A stretch of 64,000 nt of DNA, taken from the NCBI GenBank assembly GCA_030141605.1, contig JAQGDQ010000151.1, positions 372,001-436,000 of the forward strand, read 5' to 3'. Positions 24,418-41,623 of this stretch are shown in pieces. The stretch is from Tubiluchus corallicola. Lineage: Eukaryota; Animalia; Priapulida. The translations under genes and the position numbers were made by a program. The notes under the pieces are model-generated. The model did not search any database. It worked only from the letters and a program-made list of their open reading frames with translations, and was not told the origin of the DNA. The first letter of the stretch is position 1. Each line of letters starts with the position of its first letter.

Positions 24418-27191
24418 ATGCAGGAACGACAACAGAGTTTTCCTCTGAAACTGTTCAACAAAGGAACTGGCTTCTTCAAGTCTTCCAAAAGAGATGGTGG
24501 TAAATGATATTGTCTTGTTTATTTTATTAAAATATTAAAACCATTGTTTGGCTATATTTGCATTGATCTTTGCAGTGTTCAATTGCCATCAGCCACTAAA
24601 TAAATGATCAAATCAACTCTCTGCTTAGTCTGGCAGATTGCACATTATTGTTGTATTGCTTGTTCATTAAGTCAGGTTTAATATGCTTGTTCTGTTATAA
24701 TTTCACATAGAAAAAATGCCCACAGAAGTAGGCATTACAGCTCTTCTGGGTAAGTTGGGAACAAATGTAAAAGATTTGAATTCGTAGTGCTGATTTAGCT
24801 TTTACAAGTGAGCAGAAAACACCTCAGCAATAGACGTATAACTCTTTCAGCTTGACCGCTTTCGTATTTTTTGATTGATTGAATATTTTTATTTCAGAAC
24901 AAAGTCCATATTACAATACAAATTACAGTTCACAAACGAACATTATACATGTAAATCAATATACAATTATTGGTTAGTAGTGTCTCACAATTAAATGCAG
25001 TTAATTAAGTATTTACAATATTTATGTTGTGCAGATCTGGAATATTCTATAGTATAGTAGAACCAATCTTCTTACCTTATAGAAGCAGTCGAAGTTTCGA
25101 GAGCTTTCTATACGCGATGCGCGTAGTAGTTTCTTGATTGTTCATTTGTACTGATATATAAGGCGGAGCTGGCCGCTTGAGTTTGTTCTCGTATTCTCAG
25201 ATTCTCAGATACATTTTCTAGCTTTCATGTTTCTAGATTACCACTTGACAGTGTATTTTTCGCGTTCCTTCATAATTGTGTGTTGCAGAATTCTCACACA
25301 ATAAACCTGTTTAATTTGACAACGTGTTTTCTGGTTTTCTCTACGAGCCGTCCAAGAGAAACAAAACACAACAATTTACAACTTTGCTTCATTGGGCTAC
25401 AGTATGTAGGCATTTATTCCAATGCTTATACAATCTAGATATAAGTAAACAGTCAATTATTTATCAATTCATTGTAAGTGTTAGTAGCTCTAATTTTTAG
25501 TGAATAAATAGATCTTCTAATAATAAAATCGAAATATGGTAAATTTAGTTCTATACACATTTGTCTAGCCGAGCGGTCATAAGGTAGATTAAACAAAATT
25601 CTGATCCCTTTATTATAAGCAACTTGTAAATTCTTTAAGCTGTAGTCGTAATAGTCATTCCATAATGCAGCACAATAAACGTTAGAGAAATATGCTTTGA
25701 ACAATGTTCGTTTGACTTCTGTACTGCAGTTAGAAAAATATCGAATTAATTTGTTTGATCGAATGTAGAACAAACGACGCTGGCGGTCAATATCCGTATT
25801 GTCTGTTTTATCTGTTGTTAAAAGATGGCCTAGGTACTTTTCTTCTGTACAAGATTTAATGATATTAGTTTCTGCATAAATATCTCCTGTGGGGAATTTA
25901 ATATAATTTAAGGGTTTGAAGGTTAAAAGTTTTGTTTTTGTGTAGTTCAGCTTAATATCATATTGTGCTGCATATTTCGTGTACAAATTTAATAAATACT
26001 GAAGGCTCGTTATAGTAGAAGCAATCAGATAGGTGTCATCAGTGTACATAAGATGATTAGTATATACATTGCCAATAAAACGACTCAGTTTACGAAGATA
26101 AGTATTAAATGGCTTAGAAGACAAGCAGCTGCCTTACCTCACACTATTAGACATATTAAATTTTGACCTGTTGATGATTTACTCGATGATTCACTTGACA
26201 GTGCTTCATTTTTTTTGCTTATGTTGGTTTGAGTTCTTGATTTATATGTAATTATTAGTTTTGTTTTTGATGAGTTTAAATTTTCTGTTTTGTTTGCTAA
26301 TTTAAATTTTGTCTCTTCTCATTGCCAAATTTATTTACTGTTTCTAAATTTAAACTCATTAGAACTTGTTGACTTATTTATTATTTTTTTTATTTATTTT
26401 GTTAAGTTGCTGATTATTTTCATTTGTACATACCTTACTTGACAGGTCACTTAACTTTCTTCAGTTTGGATAGGGGTGGTTGACTTGGTGACCCTTGGTC
26501 TTTTTGCCACCCCATCTCTTTTCCGTCTTTATTTTAGTTTTTAGCTTTTGTTCATGTTTATTTTGTAACATTCAGAGACAAATAATTTTTTTTTACTTTA
26601 CTTACTACTTTACTTTGTCTGAGATACTGTTCCCCCATCTAATTGCCAGTTCCTGTTTCTCATACCACGTATACAGTAAACACGGGATTATCAGTATGAT
26701 AAAGTTCTAGAAATAATTTGCAATAGTTGACATTATCAAATGCTTTTGAAGCATCTATAGAACATACATGAACCATGCTATTTTTGGACGTATAAGAATT
26801 TACAATTTCCTTTAAGGTGAAAATACACATTTCAGAGCCCAGATCCTTTTCAAAGCCAAACTGCTCATCTGTAGATGGTAACAAGTTCTCATAGTTGTTT
26901 GTTTGTATGTTTGTTTAATAAATAATTGCTGGGTATGACTGGATAGTTTCATTTCTTATCCTAATATAGACTGCTTTTTCTAGACCAAACGTCATTTTGT
27001 TTTGTACTTTTGGCTTCTATTTATTATCACCTTACCTCAGTGTCTTTGCTGCTGTGTAGCAATATGTGTCAATCTCTTATGTGAAAAGTGTATATATAAT
27101 TTTTTAATTGAACTGCTATGGTGCTACTGAGCAGTCTTATTAATCACTTGCTTTTCTACTTTTTGCACACACTTGTCACTTCTCTATTCCT

Positions 27192-27257
<66 letters not shown>

Positions 27258-27643
27258 CCTCTCACTCTCCCTTTTTCTTCCTGTCTATTTAAGTACCTAC
27301 TTACATATCTTACACTTTCTTTTTATCTCTCATTATATCCTCCTGTTGTATGCTTTAACTTCATTTCTCTGTGTTATTTTTGTGTTATTTACTTTCTTTC
27401 CATCTTTCTCTCTGTCTCCTGGTCTTCCCCTCTCCTTCCGTCTTTTTTCTTTCCATCTTCTCTCTGCCTCCTGGTTTTCCTCTCCCTTTCCATCTTCTCT
27501 CTGTCTCCTGGTCTTCCTCTCTATTTCCGTCTTTCTCCCTTGGTTTAACAAGTAGCAGCCCATTTTTTTCCAGTGATTTATTACTTGAGTCTACCTAGTG
27601 ATCACTGTCGCATAACAAACCATACATACATACATACATATAC

Positions 27644-27677
<34 letters not shown>

Positions 27678-30581
27678 GTATGTATATGTACAATATTGTA
27701 TATGTGCACATGTGTGTGTGTTCAAAACCTGTAAATTAAGATTAAAACAGTCTAAAATACATGTGATTACCCAAGAAAATTAAAGTTAATGATTTAAAAC
27801 ATAAAGAAACTCTGCAAAAGTTGAGGTTTTTTGTGTCTTGTTTTCTGGCTTGTCCAGCTCATTTTTTAAACCTTGAACAGGTTGCCGGGTTAGATAAAAG
27901 TTTGTGCCTAACCATGCTGTATTTTTATTCATTTCATTTTTTGTCAGCTGGCAAAAAGAAGAGTGCTGTTGAACTGTTGGCAGAGAGCAAGTCTAATTAT
28001 GTAAAATCAGAAAGTGTACGTCGTTCCAAGCAAGAATTCAAATATGCTGATAGACTGCAGGTTTGGCTTGAATTCATTTTATTTAGGCAACTACTGTGTG
28101 ACCAAACGGCATAATCTCTCCATGTGATTAACTGCTTAGTCACTGTTACATATTTCTTTTAACTGCATGGCTATTTGATCATTGCTGGTGTCTAAGTAAA
28201 ATAAATACCTACTTCATCAAGGAAGATTTTCTAAAACCAATCTGCATCTTGAGAGATCTAGTTATTGATTTATAAAATTTGATGTGTAAGGAGCATTACT
28301 CCAGAAAATTCGTCCAAAATCGTACGATTAGAAAAATAAAAAACGATTCCATTTTTATTGCACATGTGAACTAAAGAGTTAAAAAATTGTTGAAAAGGTG
28401 CCAATTTTGAAAAATGTTCTCAGGGGAGCAGTTAGTTCCCTATTAGCTATGCCACTGCCTGCCACTATATACTTTATACTGTTCTCACTGGTTACTCAGT
28501 AGTGTGACTGGACCAAGTCTTGAGCCCATTATGAATTACATCCAAGTTAGAATCTGTTGCTTGGACTGGGTTGACCTGTTATATGCTGGGCTGGAATCAT
28601 AATTGTGAGTTTGCAATAGAACTTGGCCAAGTCGTTTTGAGTTTTTCTGTTGTTAATTGTAACTTAGGCTTATACAGTATTGTAGTAGACAAACTTTTGA
28701 AACTACAGATTTACAGGCACCAATACACTGTCATGGCATGTTAAAAGTATTTCTGAACTGTGATATTCTGCAGTTAACTTAGAACCGTTCAATTTGCTTG
28801 CTCTGTTTAATCACAAAATGATATTTTATAAATATAATATTTATATTCAGGTTGCAAAGACAACTAGTGATATCCTGCTGCAATCTGATTCGTCAAAAAG
28901 GGATTTTGTTCGTGAGGTTGTCAAGCAAAGTATTGAAGCTCAAGAGAATTTGTTTGAACACAGCATGAGAACCAAAACCCGACTTCATACTTCGAAATCT
29001 CAAGGAAACATTGACAATGAGTTTATTTTTGGAAGGGAAAAGCTTCACAATTCCAGGTCACTAGTGTTTAGTCAAGAAAAAGAACTAAATTGGTGTTCAA
29101 ATGAAAAAGCAGACATTATTTCTGGGTTATTATTAGAGACAAGGACATGTTTGCAAAATGCAGAAAAACTTGGCAGCAGAAATAACAGTTTGGGTGCAAA
29201 CGGTCAAACCAAGCACGATTTAGGTAGTAGATACTATTCTCCTGCAAAGAATAGTAATCCGAGTTTGCCACTTAATGAATATGTCTCAAGAGAACAGATT
29301 GTACCTGAGCGACATAAGCCAGAGTTGGGGGGCAATGGCTGGAATACAGTTGAGAGAAGCTCGGGACTGTGGAGATCCAGTGACAGCAGACCTCGACATC
29401 AAGTAGAATGGATACTTCCAGGTTCTGTTAATTCGGAGAAGGGTAAGTTGTTCCGTACAATACAGACTGATATTGATTCTGTGATACAACAACACAATGC
29501 ACATGAAGTTCGTGCTAGAGCTGCTGCGGCAGACCCTAAAGCTTGTAGCAGTACTCTAACTCGACTCAATACTAGTCCATCACGTAGGAAAATATTTGGA
29601 CAGAAGTCACCGGCAGCTCAACGAAGGTCTTTTGAAAATGACCGCTGCACAGAGGGTGCCAGTTGCAAAATGTTGAAGTCCCTTGGCCGTTCCCATTCGA
29701 TGTCATCACCCCGAGAGAAAGAGCAGGACCTCAAGGATGACTTTGTGTCAAAAATATGTGCTGTGCTAGGACCCTATTACAACAAGGACTTCCCCAATGA
29801 GACATCTCAAAATCAGGCACCTAGTGAGAACACTGAGATGATGCCAATGTTCAAAATTTTACCTCAAAGTCCAGAGAAACAGTCTCAGTGGTACTCAACA
29901 CATCGCAGCATGCCTGACCTTACACAAGGCAAAATGCATGTGCGAGAACACCAGACTGATTCCGGTGTACAAAATGTGAGCAGCATGGACACGGATGACC
30001 CCGACAATCGGAGACGAGTTAGTGCTAGTGCAGATGAATTAGATATTTCTGAGTACAGCCATCTCGCTAATGCATCGCTTCATACAAGTGACAGCCGACA
30101 TGATACGTCCGGTGTCAACAGTGTGGGTGAACCCGGGTACGATGGTTATGCGAGTGAGCACGACAATTGCTTTGGGACTAAACCTCAGTCTTCGCTTTAT
30201 CCTGAACATAATACAAATACGGAGAGTTCGGTTAGCCAGAATTATGGCTCGACTATGACCTCATCTCACACTAGTTCTGATATTGAACGCTTTTTCAATG
30301 AAATGGGTATGGAACAGTGCGTTCTGTACGACAACCAGGCACAGACGCGCGATTCTGTATTCTTCGAATCTGTCAGCTCCATTGATTCCAATGATCCTAG
30401 TCATAGAGAACGTCTGCGCGGTAACGAAGAACCTCATGGCGGTAATTCGCCCGGTGGACTTTCGGAAAGCGATCTGATGGCCCTTGGAAGAACTGAAACA
30501 TCAGTGATAGAAACGAATGCTCGTATTATAAAGTGGTTAATAAACTGTAAAAAGCAATCTCGTGTTCCGCATTGTCTATAA
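24418..30581 (+). CDS. FAM110: FAM110-family protein, 641 aa. Exons: 24418-24499, 27948-28060, 28851-30581.
   Basis: N-terminal motifs PLKLFNKGTGFF and KSAVELLAESKSNYVKS (cf. PLRLLNKGPDYF and SAVERLEADKAKYVKS). C-terminal motifs SDIERFFNEMGM and SVIETNARIIKWLINC. Canonical GT-AG introns in phases 1 and 0; total 1926 nt. Confidence 0.9.
24867..26884 (-). mobile_element. 5'-truncated, interrupted LINE (RTE-X/CR1-like RT) in FAM110 intron 1
   Basis: 26884-26660 encodes QFGF...MCIFTLKE...CSIDASKAFDNV. 26124-25453 encodes HLMYTDD, KYLGH and LFKAY...YCAALW. The 3' tail on the - strand is AATAAAAATATTCAATCAATCAAAAAA near 24867-24895. Confidence 0.85.
25025..25373 (+). mobile_element. Solo LTR (349 bp) inserted in the 3' end of the LINE
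   Basis: Termini TGTTGTG...CACAACA form a 7-bp inverted repeat. Perfect 5-bp TSD ATTTA at 25020-25024 and 25374-25378. Internal TATATAAGG (~25156) and AATAAA (~25300). Confidence 0.9.
27194..27540. repeat. (CT)n microsatellite plus pyrimidine-rich low-complexity tract
   Basis: Directly visible. It explains the spurious Leu/Ser and Arg/Glu ORFs here. Confidence 0.9.
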
Positions 30582-33500
30582 ATTAACATATCATAGTTAT
30601 GAGTTTAAAGAGTATGTTGCCTACAAATTAAAGCTGCTGAATGCATCGTGTGGAAAGGCTGACTCTGAAATATCAGTGTTTATGAACCTAGCTGTGTGTT
30701 TAAAGTTATCAAAAGTCAATTATAATTGTTATGTTTAATTAAAAACTGTTTTATTGTGATACATGTAATAGTCATGTTATACTATTGACTCACCTGATAT
30801 CATAAGTTTTTTTATAGTATAGTGTTTCAACCATAGTAGCTTTTTGTATTTCCATTGTTACCTTGTGGTTGATTGTTAGCTGCAAGTTATTTTTACTCAA
30901 AAGTTACACACATTCGCTAAGTAGAGGAACAGCTGCTCTTTCTTGATTTTTTGTAGGTCTTGCTTTGAATTATGATATTGGCTTTTGAAATATTTTTTAT
31001 ACTAGAAATCTCAAAAAACTTGTGAGTTGAACATAGAAAATGTACTATTTGTCCTGGTCAGTTTTAGCACAACAGCAAGTGCAGTACAGACACTTGCAGT
31101 TTATGTACTAATTTAGCTGATCAATTATGAAATACTTGCATTTTTAAGATTGCATTCCTAAGCTCTTTTAAACAAGACTGGCGAAAAATTACAGTTAAAA
31201 GTCAAATCTCTTTTTAACTCGTATCTGGCCACTTCAGATTTCATAGTAACTCATATGTCTCAAATGTTTATAAGCTTGATTGTGATAATAATTATTTCAC
31301 TCTACTGGTAACAATTATTAGTTTGTTAACAACTACTGGTAATTAACTTTTATTCAGAGACATACTGTTGAGCAAAGTTGAAGTTGAGTTTAATAGAATT
31401 GTTGCATAAATTTCGTCGGACTTTATTGAATGCAGAACTTGCTGTGAAGTATGGTACTGTGCAAACAACCAAAAACCCAGCTGTACTGCTGAGTCATAGC
31501 ACTTATTTAGAATGAAAAACAAGCTGTATATGCCAGACCATGCGCTGTTTGTAAATCAAAATTGTTTGCATACCAAGTATTTTGATGTTATTTAAAGAGA
31601 CATTAAATAAGTTTTACTGAGACCAGCTTTTTAGAACTGTTAAATATTGTTTAAAGTCAAGTTTCATTCTGCATAAAATAGTGCAAAAGTTAATGCATCA
31701 ACTGAAGTTGCTGTACATTTTTATGCTGTAGTGGAAATAGGATTTAAGTTGTCTCCGTCTCTTGACTTACTGTCCATTATTTGCTCTAAATTATGGTTTT
31801 TTTAACTGAAAAAAATTACCAGTTCGGTACAAGTTAAAATACGCTATGTCAGTAATCATATAGTGTAAGCAAACACTGTTTTTATTTTCCAACAACTGCA
31901 TGTCCAGCGTTTTTTAAGAAGTCTGTCAGATCTTGAGTGACCAAATGATTGAGGAAATTTAGCCTATTACAGCTGTTTAGAGAAGCAGTTTTGTAATTTT
32001 ATTCAGTGAGCCTCAAAACTGAACATTATATAACATTGTCTTGAATGATACTTTTGCTTACTGAATTGCTAATAGTCAGTCTCATTGATTTGTCAGTGAA
32101 TGAATATGATCATTTTACAAGTATTAAAAAGTCATATATCATATATGTTTTGTTATCTCCCAGTTTATAGCGCAACTGTGTGTGTATTACTTAGTCATAA
32201 AGTACATTCCTGCACGTTAGTCATTATGTATGTAAACAAATTTATGGTGTGGTTACTGCTTGATATCGCAAATGTTTACTAAGACAACAGAGATTTGTTC
32301 ATATTATAATTTTTTTACATATATTCACTGGTGTAGCTAAATCCTTTCTTTTCATCAGAAATGTACATTGTTCACGAATTTATTTGAGCAGATATATGTA
32401 AGTAAGCATTACTATGTAAGAATTGCAGTTGTCTGCGAACAATGAGAGCATGTTCAGCCTAATAGCTATATAGTTTTTATATTTTTCGGAACTTCTTGAC
32501 TGTAATGGAAACCCCATATGTTTTGCAAAACTTTCGTGGACTGACTTGATTTACTATCTAGCAACACTAGATCGACTAGGATGTAATATATTTGCAGACC
32601 AGACAATTGCTTGCTTGATAAGAATGATAAATGGTACGACTGCCAATGCTTGAACAATCTTTTGACATTGTTATTATCGATCTTAAATTTGAAATTAATG
32701 TACTACCTCATGATTCAGTGTTTTAATCACTTGTATCTTTTTCCTGAAAAAATATTTTGTCGCCCAAAAATAGTGAACCTATTGGACATCTTTCATTTAA
32801 AAAGCAAAGAATACTTTTGAAAACATGGGCAGTTTTCGTATGAACTGGATCAATTTAAAGGAATATATATGAAGCATATAATTTTCATTAGATTTTATTA
32901 ATGATAATTGTTAAAAAATTCCGTTAGGTGGGTTTTACCCAAGCATCGTTACTTTTCTTAAAAAATGACTGAAGTGGTCGTGACCGCTTCCTATCCTGAA
33001 CTTTACTGCATCAGTGGAAGGTGTAAGACAGTTGCAGTCCTTATGGGAGTTTAGCTAAACATATCTATTATGTATATTATGGTGAAATGTACTTTGATGT
33101 TGTTGTTTTTTTATAATTTTGTATGTTGTACTTACATATATTTAGTGGTACTAATTTATGTGATGCATTTATATGTGCAATTTGTATAAGTTGGATTTGT
33201 AAGTTATTGTTTGGTTTGATATCATTATTGTGGCATTTATCAATATATTTTATAAACATGACAGTTCTGTAAAGGTTAACAACTCAATATATAACGTGTA
33301 AAAGTGGCAATAATTTTTCCTTAATATTTCAGTTAGAATATCAGCATGTCTAGCTAAGCTTACACATTCATTACATGATAACATACAGTACAAAGAGTGA
33401 TGCAATGTACACACCTTTCTTGTATAAATACCGTGTTCATTACATACACTGCAGAGACAAAAATAAAAAAAAGAACTGTGAGTTTTGAACGCAGCAGTAA

Positions 33501-34054
33501 AACATTTCAAGATGTTAAAGGATTAATTTTTCGTTCAGTGCAAGTGCTAGCTAATACAAAAATTTCACATACATGTATTTTACTTAAATGTTAGCTATAT
33601 ATATTTTAAGTAAGAACGTATAATAATGTCTAAATTAATTACTAAAAACTTACTTGATGGCAAGCAGCATTAACATTTTTGACCCTAACCTTATAAAGTT
33701 GGAATAGTTCACTGGTTATGTTAAAACGATTTTAAATCATATTCAAATTCTTGGCTATATGTCCATGCATACAATTTGCTTGTGAAATGCAGCAGTAGCC
33801 AAAGCTCATTTTGACAAATTTGTTAAAGTTTGCTGCTATGGAAGTAATTATTTGAATGTCATTTTGAAGTTAATACTTCATGTCCCCAGAGCTTACTGTG
33901 TAGCCAATTATTAATTAAATCTGATTTTTGGATCAACAGTGACTGGAAGTCTATCGCTTCTCCTTACTCTAATATTCCACATCTAAAGTTCTTATAAGTT
34001 TTTTTCTGAGTTCAGCAAACTAAACAAAAAGCTGTAATATCCATGTTTCCACTA

Positions 34055-38338
<4,284 letters not shown>

Positions 38339-39657
38339 CTTGTATAGATTTATTATGTTGATCCTGCAGAGAGGAAATGACTTGGGTAGACGTCACTTCC
38401 TTAAATAGAATGCATACAGCTAGAATAACTAAGTAATTATGAATTTTTACATAAGAGTTCCCGTTGGTGCAGAAAAAGCTGCTTATGGTACTGATATTGC
38501 ATACTTCATTTGAAGGAAATGCAACAGAATGTTGTATTCACGCACGTGTAGAAAGATCCCAATGGATTAATTGCAAACGAGAAGTATCAGGCAGCGTGAT
38601 GGTCTATTTTAATTATAATATTGTGGTGTGCACACTTTTCTGTCCCCTTGTTATACCTGTTACCCGGTCATTGCATGCAGCAACCCCTCAGAGAAACGAG
38701 GCTGATGCAAAGAGGTTCCCCGAACGTGTAAGAAGTTGAAAAATTATTTAGCTTAATGTTATACTGCCGGTACCAAATTTAGTCTCTCCTTATGAAGTAT
38801 CACATTAACCCATACTTCCGCTTTTGCACTAGGCTGTTTGGCTTTGGATTTTTAACAAACCAGTCATAGAGTCTGACGTTGATACGTATGCACACCCCGA
38901 AGAACATATACTGCATATTGGAACAAAGTGGTATCATTGATTTTACGCAAGTACGGCCTCCCGACCTCCCAGACTTATTTCCCACAGATCTTGGATAATA
39001 TAAAGAAGTTGGTGAGCTTTCTGGCAGATTAATTTGCTCGTTTTCTCGTTACGTACAAAATTAAGCTTGTGTTTTTAGATCACCACTAAAACATTTCATT
39101 TTCAATAGGAGCTCTCACGCATTTCATTAGAAGTAAGCCCTACACGATGCAGACCAGCTTAGGTACAAACACTCAGCAAAACATGGTTAAGTGTTTTTTA
39201 ACTCAGTTACAACATTTTGCTGGTTGTCTGCACTGTTCTCTATACAGTCGGGTGGTCCAAACTACAGACTGCAATCGCGCAGTCTTGAGTTCAAGGACTA
39301 GCGGCTGCCAACGCCAGGACATACATCCTACATGTTATTGTTCTAAGCGTAATGCATTTTAATAAAAATAGTTGCTAGTTTGTCTTTGTCAAAGATTCAA
39401 AACCAATTTGGGAAAGTCTTCTGTGTAACGTTTGGCAAAATTCATGTGAGTTGTTTTCAAAATGTGACCGTTTTTCTTAACTGCAAGACAGAACTTTGCT
39501 ACCCGTTTTGTGGTTCCCCTGATTCGAAAAATAAACTGAAACAAGAAGAAAAGAAAGCAAAGTAAATCATTTGACAATTCGCGCGTTAAACGTTGTTGCC
39601 AAATGGCCAAGAAAAAAGAGTGAAAACAGTAACATGTATATAAATTCACAAACCTAA

Positions 39658-39810
39658 CTATTAATGTTATAGCAAGGCCAGTAAAACCTACGCAACTCAT
39701 CATCATCATCATCAATCATCATCGTCGTCGTTGTCATCGTCGTAATCATGACTATTAATGCAATAGCAAGGCCTGTAAAACCTACGCAGTTGTATCAGTC
39801 ATCATCATCA
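39658..39810. repeat. Two direct copies of a ~38-bp unit, each followed by (CAT)/(CGT) triplets
   Basis: CTATTAATG(TT/CA)ATAGCAAGGCC(A/T)GTAAAACCTACGCA at ~39658 and ~39752. Confidence 0.8.
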
Positions 39811-41518
39811 TTATCACCACTACTTCTATACCTCCTTTTCGTCCGCACAGTTTTACTTACTTCTCTCTGTCTCTGTCTCTCTCTCTCCCCTGAAAATTTC
39901 AGCAAGCGATACCAAATTTACATCGCAAGACAGCAACGCTGAAGACTATTTTTGTAATTTTTCTGTTTATGTAAGTTTGTGAGATTTGTTTGTAACGATT
40001 TTGTTTTTTAATGTTGTACGTTGTAAATATGTAAATTATAATATGAACTTAAGTTCAAAACAAAGAATTAAATCAAATCAAATCCCTTCCAGCTTACTAC
40101 ACTACAAACAGTTTGTGTAAATTTTGTTTTAGTGTAGATTGCACTGGATAGTATGTCACAAATTGTCAAGCACTTACAAGAAGAATTTCGCTATTGCGAA
40201 ATTTTGATTCATTTCCTTATTTTCATTGAAGAAATGTTAAAAGTGGCAATTGTAAACTTAACACGCTGCATTTTTTAAACTGATAAGATTTTATTTTTCG
40301 AGACTTCTCAAAAAATTGAGTGCGCTTTGATACTCTAAAATCTAATCAAATTACATTATACACATTTACGTGCAGATATGATACATGTTGTACCTATAGT
40401 TGAACTGTTTTTACATTAGTTTACTTAAGGCATCAAATTTGCATAAAGCGTCGCTAACCCTTATAGTGAATTTTAGACTTCATAATTAATCCCACAAACA
40501 TTAGCGTTAAAACGGCTTTATTGACGCATGCGCTCAATGATTATGTGAAGAAGCCACTATTCATTCGAGCTTGCAATATTCTGAAGCAACCGAGATTAAT
40601 AAGTGAAGCCAGGAAAACTTTTGTGAAAAGCGAAAGGTCGAAACAGACAGAAGTTTCACAAGCCAAAAGTTCTTTTTGGAAAAGGAAATATTGCTAGTCA
40701 AGAAATACAAAGAGAGGAATAACCGAAGATAGTGAAACAGGTAAAATTTTTTAGCGTAATGTTGTCGTAAAAAGCAAAACGTATTAAGATTTTTTAAATA
40801 AAGTCTAGTGCACTAGCGCAAAAACTTCGTTTTTCATAAAAAATAAAGCAGGACTACTGTTCGAGTAAAGTTTTTCATATTGTTTGCAGTTTTATTTAAA
40901 TCAGTGAATTTTTCAAAGGGTTTGTTGTTAGAAGTGGCAAAATACATGTAAATTAACTTGACATAGTCGGTCGGTTTATTGATAAAAGTGTGCGATTAAT
41001 AAAGGTGGAAGTAACTGTTATGAAATCCACAATACTTATTTGACATATAAACTTGCATTGTATAACATTTAAAAAAAATTTAACTTCGCTATTTGTAAAC
41101 AGATTGTGAAAGAAAACCTTGCATATGTGTCATTTTAAGAGCTCATAACACTATTGTACTTACATAAAGTAATGTTGAAACAGTACAAAGGCAAACGTAA
41201 CTTGATATTTTGAAGGTATTACCAATATAAAACCTATTGTGGTAATAATAGTATAATATACTGGAAATTTATAATTACTGTATGATACACTTTTGCATAC
41301 TTAATTAAAACGCAGTTGAGTTAGCATAAATACAGCCTCTGTAGCTTTGTTATGGGTATCAAGTTACGTCGCAAAAATTATTTTGAATTAACTCAGCAAG
41401 TTAGAGCAAATATATTATAACTGTTAAAGGCTCAGTCTGCTTGCTCTTCAGAACTCTATCTTAGTGTAGCTTTATTATAAGTTACATTAGCCTTTAATAA
41501 AACTTATTAACAAAGTCT

Positions 41519-41523
41519 TAATA

Positions 41524-41603
<80 letters not shown>

Positions 41604-41623
41604 CAACAACAATAATAATAATA
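41519..41623. repeat. (AAT)n/(AAC)n microsatellite
   Basis: Directly visible. Confidence 0.95.

Noticed and set aside
27118-27598. Hydrophobic and Arg/Glu-rich ORFs (also 53619-54190, 56480-56807 and 57948-58318)
   Set aside because: Products of CT/GA low-complexity tracts.
28794-28850. TTG start for the 595-aa ORF
   Set aside because: This is intronic sequence upstream of the acceptor at 28850; the real start is in the exon at 24418.
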